A DNA stretch of 64,000 nt from positions 19,099 through 83,098 of the forward strand of contig JBFLXY010000011.1 in NCBI GenBank assembly GCA_040757055.1, read 5' to 3'. Within the stretch, counting starts at the first letter, position 1. The number at the start of each line of letters is the position of its first letter. The translations under genes were made by a program, and so were the position numbers. Below, piece after piece: positions 46,655-55,045 of the stretch. Under the pieces are notes generated by a model, which saw only the letters and a program-made list of their open reading frames with translations, did no database searches and was not told the DNA's origin. Source of the DNA: Thermodesulfobacteriota bacterium (GTDB taxonomy: Bacteria; Desulfobacterota; Desulfobulbia; Desulfobulbales; Desulfurivibrionaceae).

Positions 46655-46670
46655 GTGCAGGTCTCCGCCG

Positions 46671-47825
46671 ATGTCTGCCCTCCGGTCGCCGGTCTATCTC
46701 GATAACGCCGCCACCTCGTTTCCCAAGCCGGCTAATGTGGCGGCAACCATGGACCGCCTGCTGCGCTCCACCGCCCTGAGCCCGGGCCGTTCCGCCCATG
46801 CCTTTTCCCTGGCCGCCGGCCGGGAGATCTTTGCGGCCCGCGAACTGCTCGCCGCCTTTTTCGGCTGCCCCGATTCGAGCCGGCTGATCTTCACCGCCAA
46901 CGTCACCGAGGCGCTCAACGTCGGGCTCTTCGGGCTGCTCAAGGATGGCGGCCATGTCATCGCCACCGGCATGGAACACAACTCGGTGATGCGCCCCCTG
47001 CGCCATCTCGAGCAGCTGGGCCGCATCGCGCTTTCGGTGCTGCCCGCCTCGCCGGCCGGCGAGACCGACCCGGCCGACTTGGCCAAGGCCTTGCGGCGCG
47101 ACACCCGGCTCATCGTGGTCAATCACGTTTCCAATGTTACCGGCACCGCGGCGCCGCTGGCGGAAATCGCCGCGCTGAAGGGCGGGGCGCTGCTGGTGGT
47201 GGATGCGGCCCAGTCCGCCGGAGTCTTTGAACTGGACGTGGCCAAGCTCGGCATCGATTTTTTCGCCTTCACCGGCCACAAGGCGCTGCTGGGGCCCACC
47301 GGCACCGGCGGCTTTGTCCTGGGGCCGGACATCGAGCTGCCGCCCTTCAAGATGGGCGGCACCGGCAGCGCTTCGGAGTTCGAGGTGCAGCCGGACTTCG
47401 CGCCGGACTGCTACGAAGCCGGCACCCCGAACACCCTGGGTATTGCCGGCCTGGCCGCCGGAGTGGGTTTTGTAAAGGAAACAGGTCTTGCGGCCATCCG
47501 CGAGCATGAACAGGCTCTCACCCGCCGTTTTCTCGACGGCCTGGCGCAGATCAGGGAGGTAACGGTTTACGGGCTGCCGGCCGGCGCCAACCGGGGGGCG
47601 GTGGTTTCCTTGCGTCTGGCCGGAAAGGGGATGGACGAGGTGGCGCACCGGCTGGACCGCGAGTTCCGGATACTGGTGCGGGCCGGGCTCCATTGCGCGC
47701 CGCTGGCCCATCGCACCATCGGCACCTTTCCCGAGGGCACGGTGCGGGTTTCCTTCGGCTTCTTCAATACCATGGCCGAGGTGGACTGCTGCCTCGACGC
47801 CCTGGCCCGCATCGCCGCCAGCTGA
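46671..47825 (+). CDS. Class-V aminotransferase, cysteine desulfurase/selenocysteine-lyase family
   Basis: YLDNAATSFPKP...VNHVSNVTG...DAAQSAG...FTGHKALLGPTGTG...RAGLHCAP. Confidence 0.8.
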   Translation: MSALRSPVYLDNAATSFPKPANVAATMDRLLRSTALSPGRSAHAFSLAAGREIFAARELLAAFFGCPDSSRLIFTANVTEALNVGLFGLLKDGGHVIATGMEHNSVMRPLRHLEQLGRIALSVLPASPAGETDPADLAKALRRDTRLIVVNHVSNVTGTAAPLAEIAALKGGALLVVDAAQSAGVFELDVAKLGIDFFAFTGHKALLGPTGTGGFVLGPDIELPPFKMGGTGSASEFEVQPDFAPDCYEAGTPNTLGIAGLAAGVGFVKETGLAAIREHEQALTRRFLDGLAQIREVTVYGLPAGANRGAVVSLRLAGKGMDEVAHRLDREFRILVRAGLHCAPLAHRTIGTFPEGTVRVSFGFFNTMAEVDCCLDALARIAAS

Positions 47826-47834
47826 GGGAAAACC

Positions 47835-48842
47835 ATGCAGCGCGCCGACGAGTCCGCGGGCAGTTCCGCCTTCCGCCGCCTTACCCCGGATGCGGTTCTC
47901 GGCGTGGTGGAGCAGGCCCTGGGCGTCCGCTGCACCAACCTCTGCCGGCCGCTGGCCAGTTACATCAATCGGGTCTACGAACTGGAGCAGGAGGACGGCA
48001 GCGGCCTGGTGGTGAAGTTTTACCGGCCGGGCCGCTGGAGTCTGGCAGCCCTGCAGGACGAGCATGATTTTCTGCTGGAACTGGCCGGCCGCGAGATTCC
48101 GGTGATCGCTCCCTTGCCGTTTGCCGGCAACGGGACGCTGGGCCAGCATCAGGGGGTCTTTTTTGCGGTCTTTCCCAAGTGCGGCGGCCGCAGCTTCGAC
48201 GAGTACAACGACGAACAGTGGCTGGAGATCGGCCGCCTGCTCGGCCGGGTGCATGCGGTGGGCGCTGCCCGGCCGCCGGCCGGGCGTATCGTCATGCGGC
48301 CGGATCGCTCCACCCGCGACCACCTGCGCTATCTGCTCGCGGGCAACTTTCTCCCGTCGGATCTGGCCCAATCCTTCAGCGCGCTGGTCGAGACCATCAT
48401 CGCCGAGATTACCCCCCTCTTTGCCGGGGTGGAGCTGATCCGCATCCATGGCGACTGCCATTTTTCCAATCTCATCTACCGTCCGGGCGAGTCGTTCTAT
48501 CTCATCGATTTTGATGACATGGCCTTCGGGCCGCCGGTGCAGGATTTCTGGATGCTGCTGCCTGGTTACCGGGACGAGACCCATGTCGAAATCGATCTCT
48601 TCCTCGAAGGGTATGAGACCTTCCGCGATTTCGACCGCCGCACCCTCCGGCTTATCGAGCCGCTCAGGGCCATGCGCTTCATCCACTACACGGCGTGGTG
48701 CGCCTGTCAGGTGGCAGAGGAAGGGTTGTCGCGGGTGGCGCCGGACTTCGGCAGCCGCGACTACTGGCAGCGGGAGATCGACGACCTGGCCGACCAGCTG
48801 GAGCGTATCCGGTCGGCCGTCCCGGCGGGAAATTCTCTCTAG
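47835..48842 (+). CDS. srkA: Stress-response Ser/Thr kinase SrkA (YihE/RdoA) homologue
   Basis: Collinear with E. coli YihE: SYINRVYELEQEDGSGLVVKFYRPGRWS...HGDCHFSNLI...IDFDD...PVQDFWMLL...IEPLRAMR. Confidence 0.75.
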   Translation: MQRADESAGSSAFRRLTPDAVLGVVEQALGVRCTNLCRPLASYINRVYELEQEDGSGLVVKFYRPGRWSLAALQDEHDFLLELAGREIPVIAPLPFAGNGTLGQHQGVFFAVFPKCGGRSFDEYNDEQWLEIGRLLGRVHAVGAARPPAGRIVMRPDRSTRDHLRYLLAGNFLPSDLAQSFSALVETIIAEITPLFAGVELIRIHGDCHFSNLIYRPGESFYLIDFDDMAFGPPVQDFWMLLPGYRDETHVEIDLFLEGYETFRDFDRRTLRLIEPLRAMRFIHYTAWCACQVAEEGLSRVAPDFGSRDYWQREIDDLADQLERIRSAVPAGNSL

Positions 48843-48883
48843 CAGGATGTTGAAAAACTCATCCATGACCTTTTTCAACCACG

Positions 48884-48912
48884 AACCCGCGGAAGTGAAT
48901 TCCGCGGGTTTT
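48884..48912 (+). terminator. Rho-independent terminator after srkA. A second hairpin at 48916-48946 may serve the convergent gene.
   Basis: aacccgcggaa-gtgaa-ttccgcgggtt forms an 11-bp perfect stem whose right arm runs into a tttt tract. aattccggcga...tcgccggaatt follows. Confidence 0.55.
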
Positions 48913-49071
48913 CACAATTCCGGCGAATCATAAACTCGCCGGAATTGGCGCCCTTCCCTGGGGCGCACGCAGGCTGCCGAAAAACAAGTTTTTCAACGGC
49001 CTGCTAAAAAAACACGGCCGGGCAGGTTGCCCTGTCCGGCCGGCGTGGTCCATGAATGTCGTCCCTTGTCG

Positions 49072-51717
49072 CTACCGCACGTTGCGAAAGTTGGTGAGCG
49101 AGTTGGGGTGGTGCATCTCCTCCTTCATTTCCCTGGTGTGGCAGAGGGCGCAATTCTTGTTGGCGCCCAGCGGATACGGATTGCCCTGATACTGGCGCGG
49201 GATGATGTTGTCGCGTTCCGCGTCGTAGGGGTTGGTAGCCGGGTAGACCGCATGGGCGCTGTTGTGGCAGGCCGCGCAGGGGATGCCCATGTTGTCGGTC
49301 CGCCGGCGGAAGAGGTCGGCCTCGCCCGCGGTCCACTGGTTGAAGGCGGTGGATGAGCCGGGCGGCTGGAAATCCACATGGCAGCCCAGGCAATCCGGCT
49401 GGCTGATCCATGCCTGGCGCGGCTTGATTTGTGCCGGTTGGTCCACGCCTACCGGCTTGAGCAGGGCGAGCCGTCTGGCTGCGGCCGTTTTGCCGGCCTG
49501 CTGTTCGGCCATGAGCAGGCTCAGGGCATGGTCCTCCATCACACCGTGGCAGGCGGTGCAGTCGAGACCCAGTTCGTTGTGGATGCCCCGATAAAAACGG
49601 GTGGCTCCGTGGGGAGCGCCGTCCTGATGGCAGAAGAAACAGGCGTCGGCGCCGCGGCCTTTGAGGATGGGGGCGTGGAAGCCGTGCATGGCGGCGGAAA
49701 GGCTCAGCCCCTTGGGGTTGCCCTTGCCGTCGCGCGGGTCCGGGTGGCAGAGCTGGCAGCGCAGGGGTTTGCCCTCTCCGGCCTGTCTGAGCAGGGTGGT
49801 TTTGGCGTAGCGGTCGTGCACGCCGAGGATGTTGTCGGCGGTTTCAGGGCTGAGTCCGCTTCCCGCCTTGCGCCACGGCCCGCCATGGCAGTTGCGGCAG
49901 CCCCATTCCGTAGAGACCGGAGCCACCATGGTGGCGGTGGCGAGCATGGCGCTGCTGGCCCGGTCCACCGCGGCGAACGTCACCAGCGGATAGGGCAGAT
50001 AGCCGCCGCCCTCCTGATACGGCGCCAGTGGTACCTCGGTGGCGCTGAAAGTGCGGCCGTCGGTTGCCGGCCGCATCAGGCCGCTGGTGCCGTTGCCGGT
50101 GGGGCCGGTGTTGGGCGGGATTTCCCGGTCGGTGAGGCTGGCCGCGTGGTTCCAGAACTCCACCTGGCCAGCGGGGTTGGTCGAACCCGCCTCCACTGTG
50201 TAATGGATGTCGATGCCCTCGCTGATCACCTGCGGCCTGGCACCGCGCTTGATGAGCATGGCGTGGATGGTGTTGCCCGGCGGACGCAGGCTGAAGCGGC
50301 TGTCGCTGTCGCTGATGGTGTGCATGCCGTATTCGTTCCAGGCCAGCAGCACATACTCCGCCGCGGCCGGGTCAAAGGGCGGCACCTCGTGCTGTTGCGG
50401 TGTGATCTCCGCCGCCGCGGCGGGTTTCTCCCGTTGTTGGAGCACCTCGAAAATATAGGCCGCCAGGGCTTGCTGCTCCGCGGCGTTGCCGGGGAAGGCG
50501 GGCATGGCGCTGTTCAGGTCGCAGAGGCCGCCGATGCGGGCGGCCAGGGCGTCGATGCTGTTGTAGCCCTTGGTGAGCCGGATGATGTCGCGGGTGGGGC
50601 CGCCAATGGAGTGGCAGGAGGCGCAGGTGAGGAAGAAGAGTTCCCGGCCGGCTGCCAGCCGGTTCTGCCCGGTGATCTCCCTGTGCTGCACCCAGCGGGC
50701 GTTTTTGAGCAGGCCCGCCTGGGCCACCTTGCCGATATCCTTCTTCAGGATGGAGTGGGAATAGATGTGGCCGTGGATGGTATAGGGCCGGCGGCTGCCC
50801 TCCCGGATGTACTCGAAGGCGCCGAGGTAGCAGAGGCCGACGGCCATGAGCAGCACGGCCAGCGAGCGGGTGGCGGACTGCGGCAGCCTGATGGTCATGA
50901 TGAGACCGCCGACGATGAGCAGCGGCGCGGTCCACAAGAAAATCTTGATGGCGAGGAGCAGTTCCGGCGGCTGCTGGGTCAGCATGGCGCGGATCGGTTC
51001 CGGCAGGGCCTGGACGTACCACCAGGTGGAGGCAACCAGCAGGGCAAAGGGGGCCAGCAGCCAGAGCGCGCAGTAGCGCACCATCCGCAGGCGGAAGGCC
51101 GGGTCCTTGAGGGCCGTGGCGGTGAGGAAACCGTAGAGGCCGGCGAGGATCAGGGCGACGAAGGTGCGGAAGAAGAGGGAGGGCCAGAACGAGGGGTTGA
51201 AGAAGCCGTCCCAGAAGTTGCCGGTGGCAAGCCACCGGCCGGGGGTAAGCATGAAGTCGATGATGCCGTTGATGACAAAGAGCGAGAGCCAGGCGAAGAG
51301 GAAGTAGAGCCAGCCAAGAATCAGGTGTTGGCGCCGGTTCATGCGGCCGAAGGTGTAGTAATAGATGAGGAGCGAGACGATCTCGGCCACGAAAAAGACC
51401 CACTCGATGGCCCAGCCGAAGACGAAGTTGTGGATGAGAATCGAGGTGGTTGCCGGATTGATCAGCGAGATGACGAACCAGATGCCCACCCCGGTCATGC
51501 CGCCCAGCACCATGGTGACGAGCAGGAAGAAACGGGTGTGGGTCTTGACGTAGTCGACGATGGCGGTGGAGTTCTGCCGGTAGCCGTACCATTCGGTCAG
51601 CACCAGGAAGAGGCCGCCGCCGATGGCGAAGTGGGAGATGAAGACGTGGAAGACCGCCATCAGGGCGATGGTGAGTCCGCCGCCGAACAGGGTAAGTTCC
51701 CAGATCGGGTAGTTCAT
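49072..51717 (-). CDS. Cytochrome bd subunit I (CydA)-like membrane domain fused to a c-type multihaem domain (8 CXXCH motifs)
   Basis: The N-terminal ~330 aa have about 8 hydrophobic helices and CydA-like motifs (AVFHVFISHF; GMTGVG; AIEWVFFVAE). CXXCH motifs lie at residues 365, 607, 654, 693, 720, 776, 814 and 856. Confidence 0.85.
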   Translation of the reverse strand: MNYPIWELTLFGGGLTIALMAVFHVFISHFAIGGGLFLVLTEWYGYRQNSTAIVDYVKTHTRFFLLVTMVLGGMTGVGIWFVISLINPATTSILIHNFVFGWAIEWVFFVAEIVSLLIYYYTFGRMNRRQHLILGWLYFLFAWLSLFVINGIIDFMLTPGRWLATGNFWDGFFNPSFWPSLFFRTFVALILAGLYGFLTATALKDPAFRLRMVRYCALWLLAPFALLVASTWWYVQALPEPIRAMLTQQPPELLLAIKIFLWTAPLLIVGGLIMTIRLPQSATRSLAVLLMAVGLCYLGAFEYIREGSRRPYTIHGHIYSHSILKKDIGKVAQAGLLKNARWVQHREITGQNRLAAGRELFFLTCASCHSIGGPTRDIIRLTKGYNSIDALAARIGGLCDLNSAMPAFPGNAAEQQALAAYIFEVLQQREKPAAAAEITPQQHEVPPFDPAAAEYVLLAWNEYGMHTISDSDSRFSLRPPGNTIHAMLIKRGARPQVISEGIDIHYTVEAGSTNPAGQVEFWNHAASLTDREIPPNTGPTGNGTSGLMRPATDGRTFSATEVPLAPYQEGGGYLPYPLVTFAAVDRASSAMLATATMVAPVSTEWGCRNCHGGPWRKAGSGLSPETADNILGVHDRYAKTTLLRQAGEGKPLRCQLCHPDPRDGKGNPKGLSLSAAMHGFHAPILKGRGADACFFCHQDGAPHGATRFYRGIHNELGLDCTACHGVMEDHALSLLMAEQQAGKTAAARRLALLKPVGVDQPAQIKPRQAWISQPDCLGCHVDFQPPGSSTAFNQWTAGEADLFRRRTDNMGIPCAACHNSAHAVYPATNPYDAERDNIIPRQYQGNPYPLGANKNCALCHTREMKEEMHHPNSLTNFRNVR

Positions 51718-52790
51718 TGCCGCACCTCCTTGGCGCTCTGCCAGGCGAGTCGGAGCATGTAGGCGACGATGCCGAGGCCGGCGGCGAGGATCAGGAAGAA
51801 GAGGAGCATGGGCGAGTACTGCGGCGCCACCGGCAGGTCAGCCGGATGAAAATAGGGGGCCAGATAGGCGTGGCGGGCCAGATCGCGCACCAGGATCATC
51901 AGCAGGATGGTGACGGTCATGGCGGCGGTGGCGTGCCAGAGACGCTCCCGCGCGCCGAATTTGATGCAGTAGAAGGAGCCGACGAGGGCCCCGGCAAAGA
52001 GCAGGGTGGCGAGCCAGTTGCCGCCCACAAAGATACGCAGGACAGGCTTGGGCAGCGAAAGGAGGAAAACGATGCCGATGGCGATCTCCACCATGGTGGC
52101 GTAAGTGAACCAGGCCAGGCCGTTTTTGATCCGGGCCCGTCGCTCCTCTTCGGCCAGCTCTTTCTGGAAGTGGGAGAGGAGCGCCAGAAAGAGGCCGCCG
52201 GTGGCGACGGCGGCGACCATGAAGTGGAGATAGCGGGCCACAAGGGTCGGTTCGGCGAGGTTGAGGAAGAGGCCGCCGGGATGGCGGAAGTAGGCGGGCC
52301 AGGCGGCCGGGGTCTGCATGAGGGTGAGATTGTTGGTGAAGAAGAAGCCGATCAGCAGCATGCAGGCCAGGCTTGATCCCAGCAGCCAGCGGCGGCGGCC
52401 GGGGCTCCAGGCGTCGAACTGGAATTTGTGGATATAGGCGAGGCCGTAGGCGGCGATGAGGAAGAAGATCACCGAGAGCCAGAAGGCGCCCATGATGATG
52501 GAACTGGTGTAGATGAACTGGCCGTAGAGCACCTGCAGGAAGAGGAAAGGCGCCACCCCGAAGTTGACGGTGAAGGCCACGGCATAGGTGATCTTGGTGC
52601 TGAGGTCGCGGCAGAGGGCGTGGCTTTTCGCCGGGCTGGCCAGTTGCTTGACCAGGGTGATGACGCCGCAGCCGATCATGATGTTCATCACCATGATGTG
52701 CAGGAAGAAGGTGAGCAGAAGCAGGAACTGGAACCAGCCCCAGGGAACCTGGAGCGGATCCGGCGAGGGGATGAGGGCGGCAGGGTCCAT
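51714..52790 (-). CDS. Polytopic membrane protein, partner of the CydA-like/cytochrome c fusion
   Basis: About 9 hydrophobic helices. Its stop overlaps the downstream ATG (ATGA). The start was trimmed to MDPAAL, which is preceded by AAGGAGG. Confidence 0.7.
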   Translation of the reverse strand: MDPAALIPSPDPLQVPWGWFQFLLLLTFFLHIMVMNIMIGCGVITLVKQLASPAKSHALCRDLSTKITYAVAFTVNFGVAPFLFLQVLYGQFIYTSSIIMGAFWLSVIFFLIAAYGLAYIHKFQFDAWSPGRRRWLLGSSLACMLLIGFFFTNNLTLMQTPAAWPAYFRHPGGLFLNLAEPTLVARYLHFMVAAVATGGLFLALLSHFQKELAEEERRARIKNGLAWFTYATMVEIAIGIVFLLSLPKPVLRIFVGGNWLATLLFAGALVGSFYCIKFGARERLWHATAAMTVTILLMILVRDLARHAYLAPYFHPADLPVAPQYSPMLLFFLILAAGLGIVAYMLRLAWQSAKEVRQ

Positions 52791-53099
52791 GACGGCCTCC
52801 TTCGTGTCGGGATGCGGGACAAGGGTGTGCTCCCATCTTGGCACAGCGAAGGCGGGGCGTCAAATGGAAAGCGGGGCGGGAGGATGCCTGTCTGACAGGC
52901 CTTTTTCTGAGCCTTGCCCGAGGGCGGAAGCGGGCGGCGGCCCCGGCCGGAAGGAATTTGCTGAAATCACCCCAAAGGGCCGGATTGGGCGATCCGGAGG
53001 GACGGCAGAAGGCGTTTTTGCGGTTTTGTGCCGAAATGCCGTTGTTTTTCTCTGCGCACGAAACGGCCTTGTCTGTCAAGGGAATAAAAAAAAGAAGGG

Positions 53100-53482
53100 C
53101 GTTTTTTTGATCCCTCCGGAAGCACGATGAAAAAAATTTTTGAGGGAGAAAATCGGAGTTTTTAAGAGATTGAATGAGATCGGGAGAGATACGGTGATAT
53201 TTTAGTGATTCATTAACATTCGGCCGGACAGAAGGGCGGGAGCTAATCCCCTGAAATTGAGCGGGAAAGGGGGCGGCGGAAAAAGCGGCACAAAATAGGG
53301 GCGTTAGTGGGGTGATGCTTTTATCTCCTTGAAAAAAAGCGGAACTTTCGCTGTTGAAAACTCCGCGGTGGCCTGAATGAAAATCTGCCAAAACCGCTTT
53401 TGACACCATAACGGCTTTCTAATAAAACCCCCCTATCGCAGTTCCGGGGGGTCTGTTTCTGGAGAGCCGAGCAGGGGGAAGA
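53100..53482 (+). promoter_or_regulatory. AT-richer dnaA upstream region (promoter/leader; possible origin-proximal DNA)
   Basis: GC drops locally, with tracts such as aaaaaaattttt, tttttaagag and tgatattttagtgattcattaacatt. A hairpin acccccc...ggggggt lies at 53427-53452. I found no perfect DnaA box. Confidence 0.25.
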
Positions 53483-54823
53483 ATGTACTGGCAGGATGTG
53501 AGAGAGGTATTGCGTCGTACCCTACCCGAAAGTGTCTTTGCCTTGTGGATCGAGCCGTTGCAGTGCCGTCAGGCGGATCGCCAGGCAGTGGAGCTGGCCG
53601 GGCCGGACCGCTTCTTCTGTTCCTGGGTAGCGGACAACTATCAGAAGGAGATTGAGGCCGCTCTGGTGGAGGCCGGATATGCCGGGGTGGCGGTGCGTTT
53701 TGCCGTAGGCTCCGGCGAGGCGGATCGGGGCGGGAATATGCCTGCCGCCCATGGCGAGCAGCTGCGGTTGCCGGCCATGCCCGAGGGACGCTCCCATGTG
53801 CGGACGCTCCATCCGCGCTACACCTTCGACGAGTTCATGGTGGGCGACTCCAACGCCCTGGCTTTCTCTGCCTGCGAGGCCATTGCCAACGGCGATACCG
53901 CCGTCGGCCCCTGTGTCTTCATTCACAGCGGCACCGGACTCGGCAAGAGTCACCTTACCCATGCGGTGGCGCATCATCTCCTCAACCACTCGCCGAACCT
54001 GCGGCTGCACTATCTCACCACCCAGCAGCTCACCGCCGAGGTGGTGCGGCACATCAAGAACAATACCATGGAGCACTTCAAGGAGAGGTATCACCGCCAG
54101 TGCGACGTGCTCCTCATGGAGGACGTGCATGCCCTGGCCGGCCGGAGCAAGACCCAGGCCGAGCTGGCCGAGGCGGTGGACGTGCTCATGGAGGCAGGCC
54201 GCCGGATCATCTTCACCGGGGCCATGGCGCCACGGGACATCCCCAATGTCGATGTCGGCGTGCGCTCGCGCCTTTCCGCCGGGCTGATCACCTCCATCAA
54301 CCCGCCGGACCAGCGGACGCGGCGGCTGATCATCCAGCGCAAGGCCCGTTATCACAACCTCGCCCTCACCGATGAACTGACCGACTACCTGGCCGAGCAC
54401 GTCAAGGGCGACATCCGCCGGGTTGAGAGCGCCATCATCGGCCTCAAGGCCAAGACCAACCTGCTCAAGACCACCGCCACCCTGGAGATGGTCAAGGAGG
54501 TGGTGGCCGCCATCGTCGGCCAGCACCTGCGCCTTTCCTCGGCGGTGATCCGCGATTTCGTCGCCCGCCAGTTCCAGGTGCCGCTGGCGGAGTTGCAGTC
54601 CAAGTCGCGGAAAAAGTCGGTGGCCTTTCCGCGCCAGGTCGCCATGTTCCTGGCGCGGAAGCTGACCGACGAGGCGCTCTCCGACATCGGCAAGGCCATG
54701 AACCGCGACCACTCCACGGTGGTGCATTCCATCCGGGTGATCACCGAGGCCATCGCCCGGGACGGCAGCATCCGCGGTCAGATCGATCATCTTTCCGAAC
54801 GGATCATCAAGAAGTATCAGTAA
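53483..54823 (+). CDS. dnaA: Chromosomal replication initiator DnaA
   Basis: TFDEFMVGDSNALA...SGTGLGKSHL...REIEGAL-type region IRRVESAI... and a C-terminal DNA-binding domain (RQVAMFLARKLT...IGKAMNRDHSTVVH). Confidence 0.95.
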   Translation: MYWQDVREVLRRTLPESVFALWIEPLQCRQADRQAVELAGPDRFFCSWVADNYQKEIEAALVEAGYAGVAVRFAVGSGEADRGGNMPAAHGEQLRLPAMPEGRSHVRTLHPRYTFDEFMVGDSNALAFSACEAIANGDTAVGPCVFIHSGTGLGKSHLTHAVAHHLLNHSPNLRLHYLTTQQLTAEVVRHIKNNTMEHFKERYHRQCDVLLMEDVHALAGRSKTQAELAEAVDVLMEAGRRIIFTGAMAPRDIPNVDVGVRSRLSAGLITSINPPDQRTRRLIIQRKARYHNLALTDELTDYLAEHVKGDIRRVESAIIGLKAKTNLLKTTATLEMVKEVVAAIVGQHLRLSSAVIRDFVARQFQVPLAELQSKSRKKSVAFPRQVAMFLARKLTDEALSDIGKAMNRDHSTVVHSIRVITEAIARDGSIRGQIDHLSERIIKKYQ

Positions 54824-54849
54824 GGGTTGTCGTCAGCGGAGGGGGGAAG

Positions 54850-55044
54850 ATGCGAACAGTCTGCTGCATCTGTCAGCGGGTAAAGGGGGAAGGCGGCTGG
54901 GTGCGGATTGCCGGGCTGATTGCCAGCCGGCTCTCCCACGGCTACTGTCCCGAGTGCTATGAAAAGGCCATGGAGGCATTGCAGGAGCATCGTGCCTTGC
55001 CCCGCTCCTCCTGTCCTGTCTGGTTCCGCGTGGCCCGGAAGTAG
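54850..55044 (+). CDS. Candidate small Cys-containing protein (64 aa)
   Basis: CCICQR...SHGYCPECY (a CxxC...CxxC arrangement). Strong G-rich RBS (GGAGGGGGGAAG) directly upstream. Confidence 0.45.
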   Translation: MRTVCCICQRVKGEGGWVRIAGLIASRLSHGYCPECYEKAMEALQEHRALPRSSCPVWFRVARK

Positions 55045-55045
55045 C

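Noticed and set aside
46037-48842. Selenocysteine recoding (in-frame TGA splitting an ORF) near the selenium-related genes
   Set aside because: All genes here and elsewhere in the window read as uninterrupted ORFs of expected length. I found no pair of adjacent same-frame ORFs separated by a single TGA.
46608-48878. 756-aa ORF on the minus strand
   Set aside because: It lies antisense to the cysteine-desulfurase-like and srkA genes, both of which have strong family motifs. It is a shadow ORF.
49378-51762. 794-aa ORF on the plus strand
   Set aside because: It lies antisense to the CydA-like/multihaem gene. That gene's transmembrane helices and eight CXXCH motifs establish the minus strand as coding.
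52886-52908. Hairpin gcctg-tctga-caggc followed by ctttttct on the plus strand (terminator-like)
   Set aside because: No plus-strand gene lies upstream to terminate. The stem is only 5-7 bp, and it lies in the 5' region of the divergent bd-like operon. I cannot distinguish a small-RNA terminator from chance.
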